A stretch of DNA of 64,000 nucleotides from an uncultured Candidatus Sumerlaeota bacterium (GTDB lineage Bacteria; CAYMEV01), in the NCBI GenBank assembly GCA_964389675.1, contig CAYMEV010000004.1, positions 62,001 to 126,000 on the forward strand. The letters are read 5' to 3'. The position numbers and the translations under genes were made by a program. This document shows positions 26,450-36,320 of the stretch, one piece after another (position 1 is the first letter of the stretch; the number at the start of each line of letters is the position of its first letter). Below the pieces are notes generated by a model. The model did not search any database. It worked only from the letters and a program-made list of their open reading frames with translations, and was not told the DNA's origin.

Positions 26450-27973
26450 ATGAGAAACTTGAAACATATAGGTTTTGACAATGAGCTCTATCTTCAGGAG
26501 CAGACATCAGCCATTCTTGAAAGGGTTGAAATGTTCAATGACAAGCTTTATCTCGAATTCGGAGGGAAGATACTGTACGATTACCATGCAGCCCGTGTGC
26601 TTCCAGGCTTTGACCCCAATGTCAAGATGAGGCTTCTTCACCTCCTGAAGGATAAGATTGATGTGATCATATGCATTCATGCCGGTGATATTGAGAAAAA
26701 AAAGATCCGTGCCGATTTCGGCATATCATATGATTTCGATGCATTAAAGACAATTGACGATTTCAGGGAATGGGGAATAGAAATTAATTCAGTCGTAATT
26801 ACAAGGTATAAGAACCAGTCTCCGGCTCTTGTATTTAAAAATAAGCTGGAAAGGCGCGGAGTAAAGGTATACCTTCATTATCCTACCGATGGGTACCCTA
26901 CGGATGTGCACCTGATAGTAAGCGATAAAGGCTATGGCGCAAATGAGTATATCATGACAACAAAGCCGATAGTAGTAGTTACAGGGCCGGGCCCGGGGAG
27001 CGGGAAGCTCGGGACATGCCTATCAAACCTCTACCACGAATACAAAAGGGGTATAAAGGCAGGGTATGCAAAGTTTGAAACCTTCCCGATATGGGACCTC
27101 CCTATAGACCACAAGGTCAATATAGCCTATGAGGCCGCAACCATAGACCTTAAGGACAAAAACATGATAGATACCCATCACCTGCAGGCATATGGCAAAA
27201 GGGTTGTAAACTACAACAGGGATATAGAGGCATTCCATCTTCTCAAAAGGATACTCCAGAAGATAACCCGGACAGAATCCGTGTACAAGTCCCCCACGGA
27301 TATGGGTGTAAACCGTGCAAGTTCAGGGATACTTGATGACTATATAATTTCTGCAGCATCTCATCAGGAGATAATAAGAAGGTATTTAAGATGCAATGTC
27401 GAATATGCACTGGGCATTGCTGACAGCAGCAGTCTCGAACATGCAGAAAAGATAATGCAGAAAGCTGGTGCAAAGATAGACGACAGGAAGGTAGTCAGGC
27501 CTGCAAGGATGGCAGCCAGGGATGCTGAAAAAATGGACAAGGGAAATGACGGGTCATACTGCGGAGCTGCAATAGAGTTAAAGGACGGGACCATACTTAC
27601 CGGCAAGAATTCTCCCCTGATGCATGCATCATCCAGCCTCATACTGAATGCTGCCAAATACCTGGCCGGTCTTCCGGACAGCATGTTCCTCCTTCCGCAA
27701 AGCCTGATTGATTCTGTAAAGCACCTTAAAAGGAATATACTGGACAGAAAGATGATCAGCCTTGATCTTGAAGAAACTTTAATTGTCCTGAGCGTAAGCG
27801 CTCTTTTTAATCCCGCTGCCCAGATGGCCCTTGAAAACATAAAATACCTGAGCGGATGCGAAGTGCATCTTACGCACATCCCGACACCGGGTGATGACGC
27901 AGGATGGAGGAAATTAAAGGTAAACCTTACCTGTGACCCCGAGTTCTCCACAAAGAGCCTTTTCATCTGCTGA
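26450..27973 (+). CDS. UPF0371/DUF1846 family protein
   Basis: GFDNELY, KLYLEFGGK, HAARVLPGF, GPGSGK, KFETFP, NYNRD and SPTDMGVN motifs. Confidence 0.9.
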   Translation: MRNLKHIGFDNELYLQEQTSAILERVEMFNDKLYLEFGGKILYDYHAARVLPGFDPNVKMRLLHLLKDKIDVIICIHAGDIEKKKIRADFGISYDFDALKTIDDFREWGIEINSVVITRYKNQSPALVFKNKLERRGVKVYLHYPTDGYPTDVHLIVSDKGYGANEYIMTTKPIVVVTGPGPGSGKLGTCLSNLYHEYKRGIKAGYAKFETFPIWDLPIDHKVNIAYEAATIDLKDKNMIDTHHLQAYGKRVVNYNRDIEAFHLLKRILQKITRTESVYKSPTDMGVNRASSGILDDYIISAASHQEIIRRYLRCNVEYALGIADSSSLEHAEKIMQKAGAKIDDRKVVRPARMAARDAEKMDKGNDGSYCGAAIELKDGTILTGKNSPLMHASSSLILNAAKYLAGLPDSMFLLPQSLIDSVKHLKRNILDRKMISLDLEETLIVLSVSALFNPAAQMALENIKYLSGCEVHLTHIPTPGDDAGWRKLKVNLTCDPEFSTKSLFIC

Positions 27974-28114
27974 AAAAGCATATCCTCATTCTGACAGCTT
28001 TTTAATAAATAATTTCAGTTCCTTCATCAAATATTAAATTAAATTGTAATTTCAGGTTTTTAATAATATAATAATTTCTCGATCTTATTAATACCATATT
28101 AAAGGAGATTTTAT

Positions 28115-29359
28115 ATGTTCAGAAAACTTAAACCTCAGACCAAGCTGTTTTCAAAAGGATATGACCCTCAGCTTTCGGAAGGTTCTGCAATCCCTCCAGT
28201 ATTCAGAACATCCACATTTATATTCAAAAACTCCCAGGAAGGAAAAAGGGCTTTTGAGATAGCTTATGGATTAAAGGCTCCAGATAAGGGAGAAGTCCCT
28301 GCACTTATCTACACAAGGGTCAATAATCCTAATTGCCAGATGGTAGAAGATAAGATCACAGTATGGGATGAAGCTGAAGATGCTGCACTGTTCTCCTCCG
28401 GTATGGGGGCAATTTCATCGACCTGCCTGAGCTTTTTAAAGCCCGGGGATACCCTTCTTTTTTCCGACCCTGTATATGGAGGCACAGAATTCTTCTTCAG
28501 GAGAATACTGCCTCAGTATAAGATCAATACAATACCTTTTCCCGCAGGATCAGAACCAAAGGTAATTGAAAGGCTGGTAAATGACAATCCCGGGACAAAG
28601 ATAATCTTTATTGAAAGCCCGGCAAACCCGACGATAAAGCTTACAGACATAGAAGCTGCCTCAGAAATTGCAAAAAAGGGCTCAAAAATGGCAGGGAAAA
28701 TCAGGGTAATTGTGGACAATACCTTTATGGGGCCTATTTTCTGCAGTCCCCTGAAGTTCGGAGCTGATATGATTGTCTACTCTGCCACCAAGTTCATTGG
28801 AGGGCATAGCGACCTTGTCGCAGGCATAACTCTTGGTTCAAAGGATGATATCGGAGCTGTAAAGGTCACCAGGACAATATTCGGTTCAAACTCAGACCCC
28901 GATACAGCATGGCTTATACTAAGGAGCCTTGGAACCCTTGATCTAAGAATGAAAAAACAGGCAAAGAATGCAAAGAAAATCGTGGAATTTCTTCAGAAGC
29001 ATCCCAGGGTAAAAAGGATCGCATACCCCGGCATAGAGCAGATGGGGAACCACCAGGTCAGGCTCTATGAGAAGCAGTGCAAGGGAAGCGGAAGCCTCAT
29101 CTCATTCTTTATCGACGGGGGCGAAAAAGAAGCCTTCAAGGTAATGGATGCTACAAAAGAATTCTACCTTGCTGTAAGCCTTGGCGGAATAGAATCCCTG
29201 ATCGAGCATCCGCATACCATGACCCATGCCGATATGACCGATGAGGAAAAAAATACAGCAGGGATCACCTCAAACCTGATCAGGATTTCGGTGGGACTGC
29301 AGGATGCAGATGATCTTATATTTGATCTTAAAAATGCACTTGATACATTATCATCTTGA
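28115..29359 (+). CDS. PLP-dependent Cys/Met metabolism enzyme (methionine gamma-lyase-like)
   Basis: YTRVNNP, SSGMGAI, ESPANP, VDNTF, SATKFIGGHSD, AVSLGG and IRISVGL motifs. Confidence 0.88.
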   Translation: MFRKLKPQTKLFSKGYDPQLSEGSAIPPVFRTSTFIFKNSQEGKRAFEIAYGLKAPDKGEVPALIYTRVNNPNCQMVEDKITVWDEAEDAALFSSGMGAISSTCLSFLKPGDTLLFSDPVYGGTEFFFRRILPQYKINTIPFPAGSEPKVIERLVNDNPGTKIIFIESPANPTIKLTDIEAASEIAKKGSKMAGKIRVIVDNTFMGPIFCSPLKFGADMIVYSATKFIGGHSDLVAGITLGSKDDIGAVKVTRTIFGSNSDPDTAWLILRSLGTLDLRMKKQAKNAKKIVEFLQKHPRVKRIAYPGIEQMGNHQVRLYEKQCKGSGSLISFFIDGGEKEAFKVMDATKEFYLAVSLGGIESLIEHPHTMTHADMTDEEKNTAGITSNLIRISVGLQDADDLIFDLKNALDTLSS

Positions 29360-29414
29360 TTTTGAGAAAAATTATATTATAATATCCTGAGAAATTAAAC
29401 AATGGAGGTTTAAT

Positions 29415-30137
29415 ATGAAAAAGTTACTGATTATCCTGTTAATTTTGAGTTTTGCCGGCTTTTATGCCTGCAAGAAGGAACAGGCCGCAAAACCTGCACC
29501 TGTGCCTGAACCGGAGCCAGCAGCAGAAGTTAAACTGGAATGGACGGCAGAACCCGCACTCGAATTGATCCCTGATGCCCCTATAAAGGGGATGGCAAAT
29601 GGCACGCCTTTTGAGGGCAAGACAGTCTATTTTGAGCCTATGTTCGGCAAATGGACCATGGTAATATCTGATGGCGAACTGTCATCACCAACAGGATTCG
29701 TTTCCGATGCCCAGAGTATCAACATCAACCTTCCCGAACTCCCGGAAGCCGGCAAAACAATCAGGAAAGATATGGATTACGGCGACGGCTACTTCCAGAT
29801 CAGGAAAAAGGACGACCCGGAGAGCACTACATCCTGGAATTCAGACAATGCATTCATAGTTAAATTTACAAAATGGGAGATATGCGAATATAACCCGGAG
29901 GGCGACATGTTTCAGGTAGCAGGCAAAGCATCCGGAATGGTTTTTGTGTCCTACAAGGGCTGGGACACCGGTGAATTTGACAATTCCTTTGCTGCTGGAA
30001 CATTTACAGACGCTGTAATAAGATATATGGGCGAGCCTGAGCTTGAGTATTCAGAACCGGCAGAGCCAGAAACACCTGAGACTCCTGCAGAACCGGAAGC
30101 CCCTGAGACAGCTGAGGTTCCTGCAGATTCTAAATAG
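29415..30137 (+). CDS. Hypothetical lipoprotein with Pro/Glu-rich termini
   Basis: GGAGG RBS, signal ending FYA-C, PEPA/PETP low-complexity repeats. Confidence 0.75.
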   Translation: MKKLLIILLILSFAGFYACKKEQAAKPAPVPEPEPAAEVKLEWTAEPALELIPDAPIKGMANGTPFEGKTVYFEPMFGKWTMVISDGELSSPTGFVSDAQSININLPELPEAGKTIRKDMDYGDGYFQIRKKDDPESTTSWNSDNAFIVKFTKWEICEYNPEGDMFQVAGKASGMVFVSYKGWDTGEFDNSFAAGTFTDAVIRYMGEPELEYSEPAEPETPETPAEPEAPETAEVPADSK

Positions 30138-30151
30138 TACCGATATTATTG

Positions 30152-30190
30152 AAAAAAAAACAGGGAGGCCATGGCTTCCCTGTTTTTTTT
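30152..30190. terminator. Bidirectional intrinsic terminator
   Basis: A9-CAGGGAGGCC-AT-GGCTTCCCTG-T8 between convergent genes. Confidence 0.85.
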
Positions 30191-30737
30191 ATGCAATTGT
30201 TTTCCCGAATTCGAACAGGTTCCCGGCTTTATAAATATTCATCTGGACATCTGACATCGGCTTGATCTGCAGCTGTCTGCCATTAATAAGCATGATGCCC
30301 TTCTTAATATCAAGTGTAATATGAGGCTTTTTCATAAACAGCCCTGTTTCTTCTTCAAAGATTGACACAAGCCCGGGGCATTCCAGCACAGGCATCCCTG
30401 AATTAATGGCATTCCTTTTGTATATGGCCCCATATGACTCAGCAATAATGGCATTTACCCCCAGGGATATAAAACAGTCCACAGCATGCTGCCTGGACGA
30501 TCCTGAACCGAAATTCCTCCCGGCCATAATAATTTCGCCTTCATGAGGCCTGCTGCCGAAATCCTGCCAAAGCTCAAGATTGCCAAAACAATGCTGTCCC
30601 ATCTGAGAAATGTCGGTTATGGCAAGGTGAGCATTGTGAAAGATCATATCTGTATCTATATTGTCATAGAGCTTATTATCCTTGTTGATAACTGGTATAA
30701 GCCTGCCTTCAATAATTTCACCTGTTTTTCTTTCCAT
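30189..30737 (-). CDS. Aconitase-family small subunit (LeuD/HacB-like)
   Basis: NIDTD, GRNFGSGSSRQHA and SYGAIYKRNAINSG motifs. Confidence 0.88.
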   Translation of the reverse strand: MERKTGEIIEGRLIPVINKDNKLYDNIDTDMIFHNAHLAITDISQMGQHCFGNLELWQDFGSRPHEGEIIMAGRNFGSGSSRQHAVDCFISLGVNAIIAESYGAIYKRNAINSGMPVLECPGLVSIFEEETGLFMKKPHITLDIKKGIMLINGRQLQIKPMSDVQMNIYKAGNLFEFGKTIA

Positions 30738-30749
30738 CTTCATGCTCCT

Positions 30750-31988
30750 TTAATAGGTTGTCAGCTGACCGTTTAATGCTGCCAGTGCTGCTGTAAGAGG
30801 GCTTGCAAGGTATGTTTCGCCATTCCCCTGCTTTCCCCTGAAGTTTCTGTTTGAAGTGCTGATCGATACTTCACCTTTCCCCGTCATTCCGATCTGCCCG
30901 GATGCACATCCTCCGCATCCTGGGTTGGATATGTTAAACCCGGCATCAAACAGTCCCTCAAGGATACCCTCTTTAAGAAGCCTGCTGTATATCTCCCTTG
31001 TGGAAGGGACTATATTTGCAACTACGCTGCTTTTTATCTTTTTCCCTTTGACAATATCATAAACGGTTTTTATGTCAGAGTATCTTCCGTTTGTACAGCT
31101 CCCTATAAATACACTGTCTATACTGGTGCCTTTTATATCATCTATGTCAACCACATTATCAGGCTTGCCGGGCATTGCAAGCTGAGGCCTGAGGCTGCTT
31201 ATGTCTATCTCCACTGTTTCTATATAGTCAGCATCAGGATCTGCATCTTCAAACCGGTAAGACCTGCCTGTAACCCGCCTGAAATGCTCAAAGATCCTCT
31301 CATCGGGTGCTATGAATCCAATTATCCCACCCATCTCTGTTACCATGCTCGCCAGGGTTACCCTGCCATCCAGGTCAAGCCCATCAATTGCTTCTCCGCG
31401 GAATTCGATCGCTCTTCCTAATGCCCCGCGCTGTGTAAGCCTCTTGATAATTTTCAAAGTGAGGTCTTTTGGAGTTGCCGGGAACTCAAAACGTCCCTTG
31501 ATAACGACCTTCATTGTGGGAGGGACCTCAAACCAGGTTTTACCTGTCTTAAATATGAATGATATGTCAATATCACCCATCCCCTGTCCGAAGGACCCGA
31601 CAGATCCCATAATATTCAGGTGGCTGTCCGTTCCGACAAATGTGGAGCCCGGGTAGGCAAGCCCCTTGTCTATGCCTATGTGAGAACCTATGCCTTCCTT
31701 GACATCAAAGACCCTGATATTATGCTTTTTTGCAAATTCCCTGCATTTCTGCTGATTGTCGGCATAGGGGATAGTCTTTGCCGGAACGACGCAATCGAAG
31801 GTAAAGAAAGTTGATCCGGCATCCGCAATGTCAGAACCGCCATAGTGCTCTTCAAAGTTCTTGACTACATTGGCTCCTCCAAAATCTCTTGCAGTCTTCA
31901 CATCTATATCAATAAAGGCAGTATCTCCTACCTTTACAGGCTTTTCAGAGTGCCTGGAAAATATCTTTTCTATTATAGTCCTTCCCAT
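30750..31988 (-). CDS. Aconitase-family large subunit (LeuC/HacA-like, short type)
   Basis: TIIEKI, GTDSH, FIGSCTNGR, CGGC, STSNRNF and YLASP motifs. Confidence 0.9.
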   Translation of the reverse strand: MGRTIIEKIFSRHSEKPVKVGDTAFIDIDVKTARDFGGANVVKNFEEHYGGSDIADAGSTFFTFDCVVPAKTIPYADNQQKCREFAKKHNIRVFDVKEGIGSHIGIDKGLAYPGSTFVGTDSHLNIMGSVGSFGQGMGDIDISFIFKTGKTWFEVPPTMKVVIKGRFEFPATPKDLTLKIIKRLTQRGALGRAIEFRGEAIDGLDLDGRVTLASMVTEMGGIIGFIAPDERIFEHFRRVTGRSYRFEDADPDADYIETVEIDISSLRPQLAMPGKPDNVVDIDDIKGTSIDSVFIGSCTNGRYSDIKTVYDIVKGKKIKSSVVANIVPSTREIYSRLLKEGILEGLFDAGFNISNPGCGGCASGQIGMTGKGEVSISTSNRNFRGKQGNGETYLASPLTAALAALNGQLTTY

Positions 31989-31990
31989 AA

Positions 31991-33118
31991 TCAACACTCC
32001 CTGAGCTTCATTGCAATTTCCTTTGCTACATCCAGAGTGGAGCTGTTGCCGCCCATATCATATGTTCTGACCTTCCCCTCCTCAATAACCTTGGCTATGG
32101 CATTTTCAAGCTTCCGGGCTGTATCTTCGCTGCCAAGATACTGTATCATCATCTTTGTGGTAAGCAGCATGGCTATCGGATTAGTCTTGTACATGCCTGC
32201 ATACTTTGGTGCTGATCCATGCGTAGGCTCAAATACTGCAAAATCATCACCGATATTTGCACTGGATGCAAAACCAAGCCCCCCGACCAGCTGTGCTGCA
32301 AGGTCTGATATAATATCCCCGAACAGGTTCATTGCAACTAGAACATCGTAATTCTGGGGATTTTTAACAAGCCACATTGCCATTGCATCAATATTTGTCT
32401 CCCAGAGCTCAATCTCAGGGTAGTTTTTTGCAACTTCCCTTGCAGTCCTCACTACCAGGCCGCCGGTCTCCCGCAGGACATTTGGCTTTTCCACAACTGT
32501 AACGCTTCTTTTATTATACTTCTTTGCATATTCAAATGCCTGCCTGACAATATTCTTTATCGCCTTTACAGTATTTATCCTGCATGATATCGCCATTTGA
32601 TCCGCCGGGACATTCTCAAATTTCTTCATCTTCGGAGATAACCTTAAAAGCAGGTTCTTAAGCTCTTCTGGAAAGGGGAAGAACTCAACCCCGGCATACA
32701 GGTCTTCAGTATTTTCCCTGAATACCGTTATATCTATGTCATCCCTGTAGTTTATAGGGTTGCCCTTATAGGCTTTGCAGGGCCTCAGGTTTGTATACAG
32801 GTTGAACTCCTGCCTTAATCTGACAATAGGGCTGAAATAAGAAAAGCCTTTTCCCTTAAGTGCAGGGTCAAGTTCCTTTTCAGCTTCCTCCTTCGGCTTT
32901 GAAGTAATAGCACCAAACAATGCGCAGTCACTGTTCTTTAAAAGCTCAATTGTCCTGTCAGGAAGTGGATTTCCCTCAGCCTTCCAGCACTCCCAGCCTA
33001 TATCTCCGTAAGTATATTCTGCATCCAGGTTAATTTCATCAAGAACAATTCTGGCTGCTTCCATAACATCATTACCGATCCCATCTCCAGGCAACAAGGC
33101 AATCTTGAATTTTGGCAT
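31991..33118 (-). CDS. Isocitrate/isopropylmalate/homoisocitrate dehydrogenase family
   Basis: LPGDGIG, RENTEDLY, K.NV, NLFGDIISD and FEPTHGSAP motifs. Confidence 0.92.
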   Translation of the reverse strand: MPKFKIALLPGDGIGNDVMEAARIVLDEINLDAEYTYGDIGWECWKAEGNPLPDRTIELLKNSDCALFGAITSKPKEEAEKELDPALKGKGFSYFSPIVRLRQEFNLYTNLRPCKAYKGNPINYRDDIDITVFRENTEDLYAGVEFFPFPEELKNLLLRLSPKMKKFENVPADQMAISCRINTVKAIKNIVRQAFEYAKKYNKRSVTVVEKPNVLRETGGLVVRTAREVAKNYPEIELWETNIDAMAMWLVKNPQNYDVLVAMNLFGDIISDLAAQLVGGLGFASSANIGDDFAVFEPTHGSAPKYAGMYKTNPIAMLLTTKMMIQYLGSEDTARKLENAIAKVIEEGKVRTYDMGGNSSTLDVAKEIAMKLREC

Positions 33119-33311
33119 TTAAACACTCCTTCATTATTTATTGGTGATAATGCTTTTTATAAGCATCAATAATCTTATTATAAAGGATGTTTTTGTCAAA
33201 TTTAATAAAATTTAAGCTTAAATTCATTCGGCTTTTTAATCTTTTTATTGCTATGTCCTGGCTAAATGCTATAATCCTTTTAGAAATATTCAACTTACCT
33301 GGAGGAGAGCA

Positions 33312-34595
33312 ATGGAAGATGTGCTGTGCATTATCCTTGGAGGAGGGAGAGGGACACGACTGTACCCCCTTACAAAACACAGGTCAAAGCCAGCAGTTCC
33401 ACTTGGAGGCAAATACAGGCTTATAGACATAACAATATCCAATGCAATCAACTCAGGCTTCAGAAATATATTCGTGCTGACTCAATTCAATTCAGCCTCT
33501 CTGAATATGCACATCACCCAGACCTATGTCTTTGACAAATTCTCCAAGGGATTTGTTGAAATACTGGCTGCTGAACAGACAACAGAATCAACAAACTGGT
33601 ATCAGGGAACCGCTGATGCAATCAGGAAGCAGATGAGAAGGTTCGACAAGGATAAATACGAGCATATCCTCATACTTTCAGGGGACCATCTGTACAGGAT
33701 GAATTACCTGAACTTTTTAAGGCATCACCTTCTTACTGACTCTGACATAACACTTAGTGCAATCCCCATAAGCGATTCGGATGCGCCAAAGTTCGGAGTA
33801 ATGAAGATAAATGAAAATCTCAGAATAACACAGTTCGTGGAAAAACCTTCTGAGAAGGATATAATCAGACAGCTGTACATACCTGGAAATATAAAGGCGA
33901 TGATGAAGGGAAATCTCCAGGATGAAGCAAATCTTCTGGCTTCAATGGGCATATATGTCTTTAAGAAGGCTGTATTGAAAGAACTGCTTGAGGATGAGAG
34001 CAGGATGGATTTCGGGAAGGATATAATCCCCTTTGCAATAAGCCGCAAGAAGGTATTTGCTTATCCTTTCAAGGGATACTGGGAGGATATTGGATCAATT
34101 GAATCGTTTTTTAATGCAAATATACAGCTTGCCAATGAAAAGCCAAACTTTTTCTTCTACAAGGATAACTGGCCGATATATTCAAAGCCAAGGATACTGC
34201 CGTCTTCAAAGTTCTATTCATCAGAAATTGACAGCAGTATTGTTTCAGACGGCTGTCTGGTCAGAAAATCCCGGATAAGGAACTCGATAATAGGCCAGAG
34301 AAGCATTATTCATGACAATTGCTCCCTGGAAAGGGTTGTATACATGGGTGCAGATTATTATGAACCCGATGATGTTCTTCTGGAAAAGCATTCAAAAGAT
34401 ATTCCCCTCATGGGCATAGGAGAGAACAGCATAATAAAAAATGCCATTATAGACAAGAATGTTTCGATAGGAAGGAATGTCAGGATATTGAACAAAAAGA
34501 ACATAAAGGAAACAGAGGATATTCTGTATCATATCAGGGAAGGGATCGTAATAATACCAAAAAACACTCTGATACCTGATAATACGGAGATATAA
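33312..34595 (+). CDS. glgC: Glucose-1-phosphate adenylyltransferase
   Basis: ILGGGRGTRLYPLT, SKPAVPLGGKYRLID, WYQGTADA, SGDHLY, FVEKP and SMGIYVF motifs. Confidence 0.97.
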   Translation: MEDVLCIILGGGRGTRLYPLTKHRSKPAVPLGGKYRLIDITISNAINSGFRNIFVLTQFNSASLNMHITQTYVFDKFSKGFVEILAAEQTTESTNWYQGTADAIRKQMRRFDKDKYEHILILSGDHLYRMNYLNFLRHHLLTDSDITLSAIPISDSDAPKFGVMKINENLRITQFVEKPSEKDIIRQLYIPGNIKAMMKGNLQDEANLLASMGIYVFKKAVLKELLEDESRMDFGKDIIPFAISRKKVFAYPFKGYWEDIGSIESFFNANIQLANEKPNFFFYKDNWPIYSKPRILPSSKFYSSEIDSSIVSDGCLVRKSRIRNSIIGQRSIIHDNCSLERVVYMGADYYEPDDVLLEKHSKDIPLMGIGENSIIKNAIIDKNVSIGRNVRILNKKNIKETEDILYHIREGIVIIPKNTLIPDNTEI

Positions 34596-34601
34596 GCACC
34601 T

Positions 34602-36320
34602 GTGCTGGACCTAAGGATCAGGCTTGCAAATCTGCTGAAACCCTATCTGGAGGGTTTCTATCCCGGAAATCTGTTCAGCATTTTTTCAAAGCCTCCGAAA
34701 AACAGCAGTGCTGATATTGCTCTGCCGTGCTTTATCCCTGCGAAAGGATCGGGCACCTCGCCGAAAGACCTTGCTGCCAGGCTTGCAGACGCTGTCCCTC
34801 CGGGAGATCTGATAAAAAGCCTTTCGCCTGAAGGCCCCTATCTTAACATATGCCTCGACACGAAGCTGCTTCTTTCAGAATTTGCCGGCAGGCTTAAAGG
34901 CACTGACCCTTTTACGCCGTTTTTACCCCAAAACGATAAAAGGCCTGTCCTTATTGAATATTCACAGCCTAATACCCACAAGCTCTTTCACATCGGGCAT
35001 ATTAGAAATGTTGCTGTTGGAGACACTCTGGTAAGGGTGTTAAGGTATAATGGCAGAAACATTGTCTCATTAAATTATATAGGGGATATAGGGGCCCATA
35101 TAGCCAAGTTCCTCTGGTTCTTTCAAAGATCAGGCAGGTCGGTTGAAGATTTCCGTGATGGTACGGCCGTTGGCAGCCTTTATGTTGATTCCTCCCTCTA
35201 CCTTGAGGCCCTTGACGAAAAAGGGAAAAAGGAGGCAAGGGAAGAGATATCATGCATACAAAAGGCTCTTGAAGACAGGTCATCCCCAGGTCTTTTAAAA
35301 TTATGGAAGATTACGCGCAGGCAGTCAATTGAGTATTTTGATGAGATATACGGATTTCTTAATGCTTCCTTTGACAGATTCTATTTTGAAAGCGATGTTG
35401 AAAAGGAAGGCATAGACCTCATTAAGGAATACTACAAAAAAGGGGTTTTTAAAAAAAGCCGCGGTGCAATAGTGGCTGAACTCGGAGGCAGCCTTGACAC
35501 ATTCCTTCTCTTAAAATCCGACGGTACAAGCCTTTATTCTACCAAGGATATTGCCCTGGCCCTGAGAAAGGACAGGGAATACAACCCTGCGCTATCGCTG
35601 TATATAGTAGGGTCTGAACAGGTCCTTTATTTCAGGCAGCTCATAGAGACATTAAATATGATGGGCTTTGAAAAGCATGATACGCTCAGGCATATAAGCT
35701 ATGAGCTTGTTACTCTGAAGGATGAAAAAATGTCTTCCCGCTATGGAAATGTTGTTTCTTTCCATGACCTGAAAAAGGCAATATACGAGAAGATACTTAC
35801 CAGCTATCTTGAGTCAAGGGACTGGGAACCTGCCAGGAAAGAGGAGACCCTTTATAAAATAGCCCTGGCAACAATAAGGTATGGAATGGTATCAAAAAGC
35901 CTGAATAAAAAAATAACATTCAATCTTGAAGAGTGGCTTAAGCCTGAAGGAGATACCGGAGCATATATACTGTATACCATTGCAAGGATAAACAGCATCA
36001 TATCCAAGGCGAACAGCCAGGAAGCCATTAATGCCGGGTATGGGGATTATCAGCCGGAGGAAATAGAAAGATCCATTATAGTATCCCTCTCTGAGTTCAG
36101 CTATATGCTCAGGCTTGTTGAAGAAAAGCTTGAGCCCTCACTTCTTGCAAATTATATATTTGACCTGTGCAAGGATTTTAACCGTTTTTATCACCAGTTC
36201 CCCGTTCTCAGGACATCACCGGGGGAGTTTGCCTTCAGGTTCAGCCTGATAAATGCAGTTAAGGCTGTTGTTGAAAAGGGGATCTCGCTTCTTGGCTTCT
36301 ACCCTGTTCTCAGGATGTAG
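34602..36320 (+). CDS. argS: Arginine-tRNA ligase
   Basis: EYSQPNTHKLFHIGH, LKSDGT, KMSSR and GDTGAYILY motifs; C-terminal DALR-type domain. Confidence 0.95.
   Translation: MLDLRIRLANLLKPYLEGFYPGNLFSIFSKPPKNSSADIALPCFIPAKGSGTSPKDLAARLADAVPPGDLIKSLSPEGPYLNICLDTKLLLSEFAGRLKGTDPFTPFLPQNDKRPVLIEYSQPNTHKLFHIGHIRNVAVGDTLVRVLRYNGRNIVSLNYIGDIGAHIAKFLWFFQRSGRSVEDFRDGTAVGSLYVDSSLYLEALDEKGKKEAREEISCIQKALEDRSSPGLLKLWKITRRQSIEYFDEIYGFLNASFDRFYFESDVEKEGIDLIKEYYKKGVFKKSRGAIVAELGGSLDTFLLLKSDGTSLYSTKDIALALRKDREYNPALSLYIVGSEQVLYFRQLIETLNMMGFEKHDTLRHISYELVTLKDEKMSSRYGNVVSFHDLKKAIYEKILTSYLESRDWEPARKEETLYKIALATIRYGMVSKSLNKKITFNLEEWLKPEGDTGAYILYTIARINSIISKANSQEAINAGYGDYQPEEIERSIIVSLSEFSYMLRLVEEKLEPSLLANYIFDLCKDFNRFYHQFPVLRTSPGEFAFRFSLINAVKAVVEKGISLLGFYPVLRM

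Noticed and set aside
27364..27981. Long antisense ORFs (e.g. 27364-27981, 1744-2301, 37920-38492, 31845-32351, 44845-45345, 53291-53785)
   Set aside because: They lie opposite well-supported genes and show no recognisable motif; treated as shadow frames.
27974..28114. SAM riboswitch or T-box ahead of the Met/Cys lyase (also looked for lysine, TPP and cobalamin elements before lysS, thiL and the BtuF-like gene)
   Set aside because: Leaders are short or AT-rich with no recognisable conserved cores. An Rfam/Infernal scan would be needed to exclude them fully.
30040..30130. Tandem-like repeats in lipoprotein genes (also about 22230-22380)
   Set aside because: Explained by Pro/Glu/Ala low-complexity protein linkers; no fixed-length repeat-spacer structure.
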